DNA of 64,000 bases, taken from positions 40,610,001-40,674,000 of the forward strand of contig OX597824.1 in assembly GCA_951406725.2 (NCBI GenBank), given 5' to 3'. The stretch is from Octopus vulgaris. Taxonomy: Eukaryota. The position numbers were made by a program, and so were the translations under genes. Below, one piece after another: positions 37,228 to 51,580 of this stretch. Within the stretch, counting starts at the first letter, position 1, and every line of letters begins with the position of its first letter. Below the pieces are notes generated by a model, which was given only the letters and a program-made list of their open reading frames with translations, was not told the DNA's origin and did not search any database.

Positions 37228-39723
37228 GGACAACTTTATGTCCTCCGAGCTGCTGCCAGGAAAACAGCCACTTATGTGTTTATTGCAGGCGATTTCAATC
37301 ATCCTGAGATCGATTGGGAGACCTTCCATTGGCCACAGAGTGCAAACGATTTTGTTGAGCTTGTGCTGGACTCAAACTGGTCACAAGTAGTCACCTCTCC
37401 AACAAGAGGCGACAACACCTTGGACCTGCTCTTCACCACAACTCCTGAAGCAGTTATCAATTGCACAACGGAGGAACCTCTAGGTGACTCTGATCATGCT
37501 ATGATCATCGCCAATCTGGCTCTTGCGGGCAACAAAAACCTGAACCATCTCCAATCTGCTTCCTTCGATTGGAAGAGAGCAGATTGGAACCTGTACCACA
37601 CTGAACTACAGCACCCAAACTGGCGTGAATTCTACAACTCTGGAGATGTGAATACTATACTCCAGAGTATCCTGGACTCAATATGGGCAGCATGTGCAGC
37701 ATCAGTGCCACGTAAACAAAAAAAGAAGAACCGCCCCAAAAGGGCAATTTGGGAAACTTCAGCGGTCCGACTTGCCAGGAGGGAACGTCGGACTGCTGAA
37801 CGAGAATACAGGTTGCATAAATCAGACACCAACAGGAAGAAGCGGAATAAATCCTCCAACCATCTCAAGCAAGTGACAAAAAAAGCAGTGCTTGAATTTG
37901 AACAGTGCATAGCAGCCAATCCTGACAGCAAGGTTTTCTGGAAATATGTGCACTCAAAGCAGAGACCTCACTCTCCAGTGGGCCCTCTTCGCAACCCTCA
38001 CACAAACCAGATCACTGACGACCCCAAGGAATGCGCAGAACTCATTGCCGAGTGCTATGCAAACATATTCACTGTTGAAAGTCAAAATGTACCATCTTCA
38101 CCATCACTAACAGCAAACTCCATAACAACTATGGAATTTACACCTGCAATGCTGCGACGTCACCTTCAAAATAAGCGCAACTATGCCTCCCCTGGTCTCG
38201 ATGGAGTTACATACCTGCTTCTCAAACGTGGCAGGCACTTCCTTTTACACCAGCTTTCTATTTTCTTCCAGTACTGTCTCAACAATGGTGCTACTCCGGA
38301 GCAGTGGAAAACTGCCAGTGTCATTCCTCTGTTCAAAAAGGGCGACCGCACATCACCTGTCAACTATCGCCCAGTCAGTCTCACTAGCTGTATTGCAAAA
38401 CTGATGGAATCGTGTGTCAGAGAAACACTCTGGAACTTCTGGAGCTCTCACAGTCTCATCCGACCCTCACAATATGGATTTGTCCCTAACTCCAGCTGCA
38501 GTGACCAGCTTGTCGAGTTCCTTGAGGACATTACTCAGATTACTGACAGTGGCTCATGGGTGGATGTTGTCTACCTTGACTTTGCTAAGGCTTTCAACTC
38601 TGTGCCACACAAAAGGCTTATGGTGAAACTCTCTGCAATGGGTGTGGGGGATGACCTTTTTAACTGGTTGAAATCCTTCATCCTCAGCCGAAAGGAGGTA
38701 GTTACAGTTCTAGGACAGCACTCTACACCATATGAGATGTCATCGGGTGTACCACAGGGATCTGTCCTTGGTCCCCTCTTGTTTGTGGCATACATTAACG
38801 ACATAGATGCCAATTTAAAGAATGCCACAGTATTGAAATATGCAGACGACATCAAGCTGTACCTTGAAATCAAGAGGACAGATCCTGATGTCTACAACTC
38901 TTTCCTGCAATCAGACCTAGACACAATGCAGCAATGGATCACAGACTGGCAACTGAAACTGGCTGTGGACAAGTGTACCACCATGCATTTTGGGAGAAAA
39001 AACCCTGCGTTCACATACTCCCTCCACAACACTGATATCAAGAAATCCTCTTGCGAGCGTGACCTAGGCATCACTGTCAGCAGTGATTTGCGTTGGTCAA
39101 AGCATATCTCTAAGATTGTCAGGAAGGCCGAGGGTGTCTTGGCATCACTCAGCAGGTCTTTTGTTAGCCGCTCTCCAGCCATCTATTTAAAACTGTATAC
39201 AGCTATGGTACGACCACACTTGGAATTCGCATCATCAGTTTGGAACCCCTATCTTGCACAGAACATTGACCTCCTGGAATCTGTCCAGAGACGTGCAACC
39301 AAACGCATACCCTCCATCAGACACCTACCATATTCTGAGCGCCTTGTTTCCCTGGGCATGGATTCACTGAAGCTCCGGCGTTTGGCGACGGACTTGGTAA
39401 ACACCCACAAAGTTATCAACCACCTCACCAACAACAACACTGAACACCTTTTTGATCTCCATGTGTCTAACACACGTGGACATGCCTACAAAGTCAGAAA
39501 ACAATACAGCTCCCATGACTTTCGGAAACATTTTTTCACGCTCAGGGTTGCTGAAGCGTGGAATAAACTGCCTGCATCAGTTGTTGACTGCCATGACACT
39601 GCATCCTTTAAGGCCCTCATGCTTTCCGAAATCCGTCGAAACTACACCTGATTATATATACACTTTAGATGAGTTGTAGTGCACCTGAGCACTGTACACA
39701 ATTATTATTATTATTATTATTAT
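37228..39723 (+). mobile_element. 5'-truncated CR1-clade LINE with uninterrupted ORF2 (partial APE endonuclease + reverse transcriptase), inside RPS23 intron 3
   Basis: Open frame 37228-39651: GDFN, TRGDNTLDL, SDH (APE C-half); YLDFAKAFNSVPH, GVPQGSVLGP, YADD (RT); VRPHLEF, VQRRATK, TRGH, WNKLP (CR1 C-terminus); short 3' UTR ending in (TTA)n at ~39702-39723. Confidence 0.93.
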
Positions 39724-39851
39724 ATATTAATTGTAAAATTTTCATAACTATATATGGTTTCACAAGGTGAGCATTTTGAAGTCCTCTCATGATTAGATAT
39801 TAATGAACATTTGTCTTACTCATTGTTATTAGGTGTTAGAGGTTACTAAAT

Positions 39852-39923
39852 GAAGCTTATATGATGAAGTATAAGTGGCGGACTGAAAATCATAATTTGA
39901 TGATCACTTATTCTGATAGCTTC
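39852..39923 (+). ncRNA. U43-derived variant C/D snoRNA, copy 3
   Basis: Box C 39861, TATAAGTGGCGGA+CTGA, box D 39913, stem GAAGCT/AGCTTC. Confidence 0.72.
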
Positions 39924-40198
39924 TAGCATTTTAATAATTTGTCTTATGTTGTAATCTCTACAAAGACAGGCAGCATATTGTTGGGTTTCCATTTACTACA
40001 GTCTTTCATCTGTAATCTTTTGCTATATTCTGTGCTGCCTTTGTATCTTTCCAGCTTCGTACAGTTACCATCTCCCCTCCGGGTCACTCATTGAAGGCCT
40101 GTCAATAAATACTGCTTTAAATTTTCTTTTTCCTGGCATGCGTTTAACTCTATCAAATACTCTCTATTCTTTCATTTCCTTGGTTCTTTCTTCTATAG

Positions 40199-40459
<261 letters not shown>

Positions 40460-43400
40460 ACAATTTTATTTCATAAATGAATAAACAAAAATTACTTTAA
40501 AAATACTTGTCTTATTGAGTTCTGCTTCTTTGTTTTGCCATAAATCTCCTGCAGTGTGTGCAAGATTAATTTAACAAAGCTTCAGTCATCAGTTCAGTTC
40601 AGTTGAAGATGGAAGGAAGCTACATTTTATTTTCTATCATAACTGGTGTGTTTGTTACAGCAAGTATTGCAAGGAACTAGCTTGATAGGACTGGGATCCA
40701 TTGTGTGTAAAGCTGACCAAGACTACCAGTGCTCTCCGTCTGTGCCTTCCTACGTTGTGGATACTAACACATACTAAAGGATACTAAAAGTGGGAAATTG
40801 TAGGCCAATGTATATGCATATGTAGTTTTTCATTGGAAATGTGATGGTACTATCTGATGTTCTCAGGGCTCTGCTATTCTCTTTGAGAGAGGCCATGTTT
40901 ATGCTCCCTAGAGAATGGAAGGGACGCAGAGCTTTGTAAGGAACATTAAGCAAAGGTGTTTCCATAGGGAGTTCCATCTACTACTGACCGTATTTTTGTC
41001 CTTTGTAAGATCTCTGGCAGAAAGATGCAGAGATAATGTAAAAGCAGTCAGGATAATTTAGATTAGGTAACTTTTCTAGGCATGGTTGCTCTAGGAGTAA
41101 AAAATAGTTATGAGGTTTCATTCTCACCTGGAGGAGATGTGTGTCCTTTCTTTGGGGAAGAGGATAATAACCAACGGGTTTAGTAACTTTGATAGTCACA
41201 TGATGAGTTTTGCTAAATGTACGTTGAAAAACCATTTGAGCAAGGTCGTTGCCAGTACTGCTGGGCTGGCTCCTGTGCAGGTGGCATGTAAAAAAAACAC
41301 CATTTGAGCATGGCCATTGCCAGTACCACCTAACTGGCCCTCGTGCCGGTGGCACAAAGGCAACCACTACACTCGGAGTGGTTGGCGTTAGGAAGGGCTT
41401 CCGGCTGTAGAAACTCTGCCAGATCAGATTGTAGCCTGGTGCAATCCACGTTAGCATGGAAAGCAGACATTAAACGATGAAAAGGGATACTTTTGAGATC
41501 TATATGGACATAATCTGGTTTCAAAAGTGTAACCTGCTGAAAGCCAGTCTACTGCAAATACAGTGAAGTATCGTAGAGTAGCATGGGAGAGAACCCCACA
41601 AAGAGACAGATAGTGGACATGATTTGAGGAGGGCAAGGTAAATTTACTCGTGTTCTAGAGTGTAATATGTTGGGAAAGATCAAGGTGTTTGAAATAACAG
41701 CATACTTACTCTCATCACTTACAAATCTTATTACAAAACATTGATTGTACAAAATGATCAATTCGATGCTCAGAAAGACCAACTTATTTGGTACCAAGCT
41801 GCACTTCATTCTATGATACAAATCTTTGGCTTTAGGGCAATTCAAGTTAAAATCTTCCCCAAATTGCAGGTTAATCTATGTTCTAAATAGTTGAGTAAAT
41901 TTTTCATTATTTTAAAAATTAATTAAAACAAAATATATTTTTTACAGAAATATGGTAATGAAATTAATATGTTCAGAAAAGAGATCCATTGGCTGTAGTC
42001 ACTGAGATGTTGAAAATTGGCAAAGTAAGGTTCAAACTAGTCAGGTAGCAAAGAAGTCTCATTTAATCACTGGCATAGAAGTGCAACTGTCAACTGGACA
42101 GGTGCTTTAGAAACAAGCAATCAGACATCAAATTGACAGACTAGGTTTGAAGCACAGGTGATCAGGAAGAGAATCAGCTGAGATGAAATACAATTTAAAT
42201 CTATGCCAGATCAGTCCTAAGGTGCTTGGAGACTAATGCTAGAGAAATTTTTAGTCAATAGTAATCCTTTTTGATCTGGGGGCCTTTGAAAGGGCATTGT
42301 ACATAATATAATAGTCTTTAAAGGATCTCTTAGATGAATAGCTTGTGAGAGTGGTGCAAGCTTTGTACAAGGATACTTTCAGCAAAGGAGTTCACTGAAT
42401 GTGCAGTTTAGTGTTAAACAAAGCTCAGTTCTCACCTATTGTTCTTCAAGCTGTAACTGAGTTAAAACCTGGTTCTTATAGCTGAGTCTTAAGAGATGGA
42501 GAAGAAATTTCGAATGTAGAAACAAGTTAGAATAAAGAGGTCCCAGAGTAAACTTGATGAAGACAAGGATAGGTGACAACTACATACATTCACAAGAGAT
42601 GTACTGGGATCACAGGCATGCTGACAACGCACGGGACTTAACCAGTAAGCTATCCCTCAGCTTGCCAGGCTTATTTGAGGTAGTACTTTATGGCCAGACA
42701 CCTTATCTGCCCAGTTTTCAAGTAAGGGATATATATAATGTAATGTTTGCTTGTTTCTCTTTAATACACTAAAGAAATTAAACAGGAATAATGCAAACAT
42801 TTAAACTTTCTAGGGAAGTTGAATTAAGACCATAATAGTGATGGAGACATATCTACTGTGTGATTGAACAAGTGTTTCTGCTGATAATTTGTGTAAGCAT
42901 CAAAAGTTGGATTGGATACAGACATCTTTAGCCAAAGATATCTGACACAAGCTTTTTGTGATTCTGAAATAATAAAATAGTACAATTTTAAGATTGGATC
43001 TTAGCTATCAATATGGATCTAATCTACTTCACAGATCAGATGGTAGTAGTAGTCAATCTTCCACTAAAACTAAGGATATCAGGTTTTCATTGGTTTTGTT
43101 TCAATCTGCTGATTCTATTGGTCACTTTCCTGACAGATGTATAATCGTTTTTCAATGGCAGTGAGATTTGATCTTAAAATAGAGATGTTCCAGCTCTGAG
43201 ATCAAATCCCAACCTGCTGCCCTGGACTGAAAGTAAATTCTGTAGAACTTTGTCCAACACCTATGACACTGCAAATTTGCCATTTATAAGATATTTGGTA
43301 TTCATTATTTGAAGAAGGAACTGAAAGTTTGACAATAAGTAAATTGTAATAACCCTTTAGCATTTAAACTGGCCATATTAATCTACTTGTTTTATGCTCA

Positions 43401-46400
43401 AACCATCTAGCCTCTTAAATGTAGAAGTACAATGTCATTATAAAGATAATCACATCAAAATCTTGAAGCCACAAGGATGATTAATTCAAAATAAAATGAA
43501 TAAGTGAGCATAACATTTGATACAATAATCTGAATGCCAAAGGGTTAAACAGCAATACTGCAAAAAGAGTAAGAAATTTTTCTGAATTACTGCAGCAGAA
43601 ACACTTAAAACATTTTCATAAGAACTTTAATGAAAAACTTCCCTTATTTTTCTTTTAATGGTTAAAATGAAACTAACATATAAATAGCCAGCAAGAAGAC
43701 AAAGTTACACACAAGGCTGGTAGGGACTAGTTCAAAGGGTCTGATAAAACCAAAATGATTTTACTTGGCAGTAAAATTACAGCAGATAGTAGTGACAAAA
43801 CTGCTGAAATCAAAAAGAAAAAAAAAAATCAAAAAGAAGAAAAAAAATCTTTTACTTGAAAACAGATTTACAAAGAGAAACATAGAATCTTGGTTTATAC
43901 AAACCAACCAAGCAAAGAGGTAAAAATGTGCATCATAATACTAAGAGAAAAACTGAAAATAAGGTTTTAGGAAAATAACAATGATAATTTATTTTCACCA
44001 GAGACAGGGCCAATTTCTGTTGTTTATTTTTTAATTTTATTTAAAGTTATAATCAATTCACTCAATCCCAGTATAAAACTGGTACTTGCTTTATCGACCT
44101 CGCTCCCCAGAGAGATGAGAGGTTAAGTCGACAGAAGAGATTCTAACTCTTGGTAGAGAGACAAGGCTAAAACCACGAAGATATTTAGTCCAGCAAACTA
44201 CCGTATCTGCCAACTCACCACCACAATAATAATAAAGAAATTATTTTAAGTTTTTAGCAAATCAGATTTTGGATAAGATATTTTTTGTTTGTTTAAATCA
44301 ACAATTTTACCCAATTGCTGGAGAAAATACAAAGAGCAATGACTATGTACAGATTCAGCAGTGATATTTCATTTCTTTCTTGGGTTTTTCTGAGTGTTTA
44401 TGCATTTTGTTTGAAATTTGGTTTTCTGAGGGGATTTAACTTCATTTTCTGGGGTTTTTTTTTTTACCTTTTTCTTTTTTGTTAGTGGTTTTCAAAATTT
44501 CATTGGACTCAGTAAAATTTAAATGAAAACAGGAAAAAATGCTAAAGAAGAGAGAGAGAGAGACAAAGCATGTATGTATGTGAATGTTGATAATTTAAAA
44601 ACTGATCTAAAGGAAATTCATTAGATAAAATTAATCATGATCCATAATTAAGAAAATTTTTGATAAGGAGGAAAGAATTTAAAAAAGGAAAAGTTCGGCT
44701 AAATCACGTGCATAAGACTGTAATTTGCTTTCATTTTTAATAATGCATATATATATATATATATTATACACACATATATATATATCAAACAATGCTAATC
44801 CCTGTACAAACATCTAGCTTTGAATGACAAAGCTAGCCGTGAGTGATTCTAAGATTTGAAAAATAAATGAATTTCACATTATATACTCAGTCACTCACAT
44901 GAACACACTTATATATGCATGTAATGTATGTACACACACACATATCATAAAAAGACAACTTTCAAGCATGTCAAATTGAAAACATGACCGTTTAAAATTA
45001 ATCTCCTAAATTACAGATGGCTTTCCAATATTTCCTTATTAGTTCATGTTTAGTTTGGAAGATTAGGTTTCCTAAATCCATTAACACTGCAAGACTCTCA
45101 GCTTCAGAATAAAGAGATAGGAGTACTGACATGGTGTTGCTGACTTTATCAGTTACTACATCATTCCTATGATCCTTTTCTACAAACTAGAAAGAAAAAT
45201 GGCAACAACATGCCACTATCAACACTTCATTTAGATGGAGACCTGAAAGTGCTGAAGCATTAAGGAACTTAATGCCCTTATAGCAACTAATAGAGAAATA
45301 ACAACAAAACATCTGTAAAAAAAAAAAAAGATTAAACTCAAAGACAGGCATGTCTACAATATAACATATACACACACAAACACTCAAAGGTAATATATAC
45401 ACACACTCACACATAACTATATTAAAATATTTTATTTTTAATGTTAAAAATAAAACTTTTTTTTGCAAGGAGAATTTAAATGACTCCATAAATGAATGAA
45501 ATAGATTTCGTAAAGTTTGCAAGATACTGCATATTCGCACCACTTCCCTTGCGATTTATGTTGCAGCATGTATTTGTGTGTGTATTTACATATTTGTATA
45601 TCTCTGTATGTGTATATATACAGATACACACACACACATATGTGTGTATGTATGTATATATACATATATATATATATCAACATATTTGTGTATATGTGCA
45701 TTTGAATGTACACCTAATATTTGAACATAATGTACTTAAATATTAAATAAACATCAACCAATCCAGACCTTTCCAGCTAAAATTTTAGATGTTAAATGTT
45801 TCCTGAATATGATTGTATGTATGTTAAGATCATCCAAACCTAGATTATAGATTTAACCAAAAATCGTACAATGATAATCTTCCAATGAGTGGATAGGGGA
45901 GAAGCAGTAGACATTGTTTTAAAACATAAGAAATGCCATGGAGCAAAGAATCGGAAATGTATTGTTAGATGTGTGTTAGCCACTGTGTGAATTGTAATTT
46001 CACTTCTATATGATAAATTTATTTTAATTAAGTGTGAGGGATTAATGACAGGGCTAAATCAAGGGCATGTTCCTGTATTCACCACACACACATATTCATG
46101 AGTGAATGAGTGCGAATAGTATGCTTGCATGTATGTGCATACATATTTATAATAATATATATACTGTATCTATATATCTGTGGATATATATATATATATA
46201 TATAAATAAATATGGGTATGTGTGTAGACATATGAATATATACATATACACACACATACTCAGACATATATATACATGCATATATATGTATATGAATTTA
46301 TAAAATGTAACATACATACATGTGTGTATGTATGAGTATGTGTGTGTATGTATGTATATACAAAAATGTTAGACTTTATAAATTTATATATACAGACACA

Positions 46401-46480
46401 CACACAAATGAATTTATAAAGTTTAACGTATATATATGCATACACACATATATAATGAATCTATGTTTTTATATATATAC

Positions 46481-46511
<31 letters not shown>

Positions 46512-46621
46512 AATTAGAGGATGATTGACTTAGCAGTTGATTGCAAACAATGTCAAGCACAGGTTTCCGTGGAAGTAAATTCTATTTCATGAACATCTCT
46601 TCTTGCAACTTCGACAGACAA

Positions 46622-46729
46622 CTACCATTCAGCATCTCCAACACCTTTTTGAAATACAGAGTCTTTTCCATTGAGATTCATAATTCCGTCTTTTAACTGG
46701 AACTTCCATTTATTTTTGTTTCGATGAAT
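46622..46729 (-). CDS. GTF2A1: Transcription factor IIA subunit 1 (alpha/beta), last coding exon
   Basis: IHRNKNKWKFQLKDGIMNLNGKDSVFQKGVGDAEW*, the diagnostic TFIIA C-terminus. Confidence 0.95.
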   Translation of the reverse strand: MHRNKNKWKFQLKDGIMNLNGKDSVFQKGVGDAEW

Positions 46730-49287
46730 CTGAAAGAAGAGTATTATTTGTGTTTTTCAATTAACAATATTTGATTTTTTTTTTGTTTATTTAACGTTTT
46801 ATATCAACCTGTTGTAACTGTCCTAGTTCTATGATACAAATTTCATTTTTTTTTTTTTTTATAATAATCTAAATTAAAACCTTCCATCAAAATAATTTTA
46901 TGTTAATTTACATTCCAAACACCAGCTTAATAACGGTTATTATAATAAATTAATTCTTTTCAAAATTAATTGAAACAAAGACATTCATTGGTGCTCCAGC
47001 ATGGCCGCAGTCAAATGACTGAAACAAGTAAAAGAAAAAAAGAATATCCATCCCTACATGCCTCTAACCTCCATCTATGTCACTGCATCTTTTCTATCAC
47101 CTACACTTCACATCTCCCTGTTTTTCATTTATCTAGTTTTATTATACTGTTGCTCTCAACCCTACTGTTTTTGAATGTATTACAACCTATCACCTCCTCC
47201 TCCTTGTACATTCACCATTTTCCAAGCCTCCATCCATACTCACCATTCACTACATTTGCTTTTATTCTCATCTGCCACAAACCTTTCCTCCCAGTCATCA
47301 CCAATTCTCTGTCTTTATTCTCTCTTTATCCTTCTTGTACCTTGAAGGTATGCCAACACCTCATCTCCCTTTTCTGCTGGAGTAGCCATGTAGCTCCTCT
47401 ACAGCAAAACACCTGTTCCTATCCCTCTACCACACTTTAGCTTCACAGCACTTGGCACTAAGTCACCTCCTTCAAGACTGCACCCCAACTCAGTCAAAGA
47501 AGCGACGTTCTATACATCGTTTTCTAGTTTATTTTTCTCATTCTTTCAGATATATCTTATAACTGGAAAATTTGTTATGTACACTGTACCTTGTTATTAA
47601 AACACAGCACCATTTTAATACTCATAAATACAGCCTAATCAAGGTCTAAGCTTAACCCGCTGGCTACTAAACCAAATTGCCCTTGGTTCTATAATACAAA
47701 CTTTCTGTTTTAAAATAATCTAAATTAAAATTTGTCATTAAAATTTCATGTTAGTTTACGTTCCAAATATCAGCTTGATGAGGACAAAGTTATTTTACTA
47801 TATACTTCATTACTTTCAAAATTAACTGAAGAAAAAAAGAGTGTAATTCAACAGATATATGGTAAAAAAAAGAATTAAACAATGTACATTAATATACATA
47901 TCATTCTGTAAATCTCACTGCACAATCAAAGGAATAGCATCTAGCCTTAAAAACTTGTTACATATTTACTCCTGAATTCGAAAATCTGCATCTACACCAT
48001 AGATAAATATTTTAGCTCTGGAGAGTAGGGTGCAAAGCACAGGTAAAATAATACTAACATACATGATGTGGTAAACTAAGACATTTGTATTTGTTAGTAT
48101 TACATTCACTAATAAAAAAAAAACCCAATGTTTATATTTTTGTAAAAAGAAAAAAAGGGGGAGAGGGAAACAATCTTGAAATTTTAATTAAATATGGAAT
48201 GTTCTGAGGAGCAAGTTTGGTGTTGACAGTAGAAGAAGTGAAGGTAAAAACAAATGTGAATCCATTCATTTATGGAATAATCACTTGAGGTTACAATTTC
48301 TTTCTATATAAGACAACTGTAAGAAAACTAAGGTGTGATTTTAAAGTTCTACTTATTACATGTAAATATGTACACATTCTCAAATTGTAAAAATCTGACA
48401 GTAATTAAAGAAAGTGTGTTAAATAATTGCAATTATGAAGTGTCAATTAGGTGGCCAAACTTGTGTGTACAGTGACAATATTGAAGGCCACCAGTAAAAT
48501 CTCAGAAATATAACTGAATAAAGAAAAAAATCCTACTCTAAAACGATGAACAGATGTCCTATGTTTAGAATCATCTCAATTACATTATACACAAGTGAGA
48601 CATGGGCTTCTACAAAGAGGAACGAATATTGATTGGCTATAATGCAAAAGGGCATGGAAAGATCCAGTTTAGGAAAATCATTGCGAGAGCAAACCTAAAA
48701 TGAAGTAATTTGAGTGAACAATGTGATCGCAGAGTACTGAAAACACAAGTTCCACTGGGTTGGACATGTTGCAAGGCTCACAAACAAAAGGTGAACCTTT
48801 ACAGTTGCCAAGTGGTATCTAAGAGATCAGAAAAGACTGTGTATCAGGTCTCCACAACAATCATAATCCTCCTCTTTCAATGTCTGCTTTCTATGCTGAC
48901 AGGAGTTGAACGATTTGACCAGAGTTGACAAGCAGGAGAGCTGCACCAAGTTCCAGTCTAATTTGGCATGGTTTCTATGGCTGGATGTCCTTCCTAGTAC
49001 CAATCATACAGTGTGTGCTGGCTGCTTTTACTGTGGCACCGGCATCAGTGATTCTACATGGTGCTGGCATGAGTGCCCTTTACATGGCACCAGCACAGAG
49101 GGAAGACAATTTACTTAATTTGGAACAGGATGGAAAAGAAAGGCACAATCAAAAAAGGACAAGTGCATTGTGACCAGCAGTGTATAACATTCAATAGTTT
49201 GATAAATACAGGTGATACTAGTATTTAAATAAAAACAAGACAGAACACAATGAAGAATATAGAGAATCAAATCAGAGTTGGTCTTAC

Positions 49288-49377
49288 CTTTTCATACTGA
49301 CATACTACAACATTATCTGTATCAAACAAATCAGTAACATCTCCATCACTAACATCATCTTCAGAATTCAAAGGTTC
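49288..49377 (-). CDS. GTF2A1: GTF2A1 coding exon
   Basis: EPLNSEDDVSDGDVTDLFDTDNVVVCQYEK, conserved; phase 0/0. Confidence 0.95.
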
Positions 49378-50021
49378 CTAAATTTGAGATGAAAAAAAAA
49401 AAAAATTCAAATCATCCTCATCATTATTGAACTCCTCCTCTCCGCCCCTCTGTCTCTCTGATACACATTTCACCATCGTTGTTTTTACATGTTTTTTCCA
49501 TGCTGGCATAGGCTGAACAACACTTTTATGACCAGATACTCTTCCTGATGTCAAACCTTATTTGTTTTTAGTTAAAGTATTTTATTCTTCTTCTCTGCTT
49601 GTCAAATTAGTGAACTACTGATTTTACAGGAAACAAGATAACATCACCATTGTCTAAGTAATGCCAATGCAAAAAAAAAAAAAAAAGTCAAACATACACA
49701 CGTAGTAGACTTCCATATAATAGATTCTGTCATGGAAATTTCAAGAAGGCATTAGTCAACCTGAGGTATCAGTGATGCATTAAGATCAAACCCAAAATTA
49801 TGTCACTACATTTGCCCAATGTGCCACCCATTGGGTCTGAACTTGAAGTCATGTAGTTGGGAAGCAAACTTCTTAAACCACATAACCTTGCTTGTAGAAC
49901 AATAATGATAATAATGACTCATCAATTGACAGCATTCTTACCCACTCTTCATACCGGAGCATTCATATAAGTCCATGCTGCTAACATTAATCGACAACTA
50001 ATTAATCGATGGTGAAATTAC

Positions 50022-50159
50022 CTCTTCAACACCTCCAGTTTCGACTTCTTCTTCATTTGCAGCCTCATCCTCCTCATCTTCATTCTCATCGTTTTCGTAA
50101 TCATCTTCATCTTCAGAACTTGTGTCAGCTGCTCCATCAAACTGAATTATGCTAGTTGG
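50022..50159 (-). CDS. GTF2A1: GTF2A1 coding exon (Taspase-1 site and acidic region)
   Basis: PTSIIQFDGAADTSSEDEDD...GGVEE; QxD/G cleavage motif followed by an acidic tract. Confidence 0.92.
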
Positions 50160-50919
50160 CTGTTAATAGAAATTTAACAATATATTTTTCAGACACAAAT
50201 ATACATTTATCTTATATCATTTATTTTAATTGCATCAAAACTGAACTAACTTCAATGACATTCTTTTATGATAAATTTTTGCTGTACATTTTCACGTTTT
50301 TCCATGCTGTTTAAAATTGTTTAATATCTACTGCCTACACAACATGGAGACATGAACAAGTGTAATAATTTCAGAGTTTAGTAACCGAGTGACTTCCAAC
50401 ATGCCTGAAAGAATTACTTCACTTCAACAACAGAAGTTTACTATCAAACAATAATTGTAAAACCACCAATAAGATTATTAACACACACACACACGGTAAT
50501 ACTTGTATATTTATTTTCCTAAATAATATTTCTATCCACACTGAGTTTTACTTGCTTACTAATTGACTATGAACCTACATCACAGCAAGAGGTACCTGCA
50601 CACAAAGGTAACAGCATTCATGATTTGGTTCATCACAGATGCAGCCAATAACCAGAACAAATAAAAGAATAGATGGGTTAGTTCATTCCATGCTTCAACA
50701 ATTCTAAGCATGAAAAATTACTTCTGAAACTCAAGGGTAATGCACTGCTTTCTGATTTTATAAGCATGTCTGTGAGTAAAAGAGGCACTGAATTAAAAAA
50801 TGTGGACAAAGTTGTTGTTAGAAAGATGGGGGATATTACATGGGCTTCTTACCAAGTTAATTGCAAGACATCAAATCCCAGAGAAGCAATACATTCAAGA
50901 TATGGTAAGTGACTGACAG

Positions 50920-51470
50920 AGAGTATCATCTAGTTGCATATCTTTGGACAACCACCAGCAGATCAATATTCTAAACAAGATGAAGTTTCAGACTGGAGTT
51001 GCAAGCTTTAAGTGTGGACATACCATAGCCATATACAGCTTTAAATAGATAGCTGTTGAGTAGCTAACAAGAGTCCTACAGAGTGATGCAAGACACATTA
51101 AGCCTTTTTGACAGATCAGTGTTGACAATAATGCTTAGGTTGCATTTACCAGCAGACTTTTAAAGATTGGTAAATAGGTAAATTGCAGACTTTTCCTCCC
51201 AAAATGTATGAGGGTACACTTGTCTGCTGCCAACTTGAGTTGCCAGTCAGGAATCCTGTGCTGCATTGTATTCAGGTCAGATTACAAGATAGATCTATAA
51301 TGTATAGGATCCTTCCTTTTTATCTCAAGGTACAGTTTAATGTCACCTGCATATTTAAACACAGTAACATGTTTCAAGTTAGCATCTATTTCATTAATGT
51401 ATGCAACAAACAACAGAGGACTGAGAACAGATTCCTGCAGGACACCAGACATCACTGCATATGGATCTTC
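50920..51470 (-). mobile_element. Old degenerate CR1-type LINE fragment related to the element at 37228-39723
   Basis: Reverse complement matches the RT/C-terminal region (ATCTATTTAAA.CTGTAT...GCTATGGTA..CCACACTT); many stops. Confidence 0.7.
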
Positions 51471-51580
51471 AAGGATTTTTTGTTTATTGTCCCTCTTATA
51501 TCATGTATACACAAATAAATAACCACACACACAAAACTTTATCCCATAGAATGATGTATATGAAATAGAACAAACAAATG

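Noticed and set aside
37276-39651. 791-aa ORF as a host gene or domesticated RT
   Set aside because: No ATG start, truncated in the endonuclease domain, ends in a (TTA)n tail: a typical 5'-truncated LINE
24930-39916. Repeated motifs with spacers resembling a CRISPR array
   Set aside because: Eukaryotic intron, irregular kb-scale spacing, no cas genes; the motifs are C/D boxes and guides
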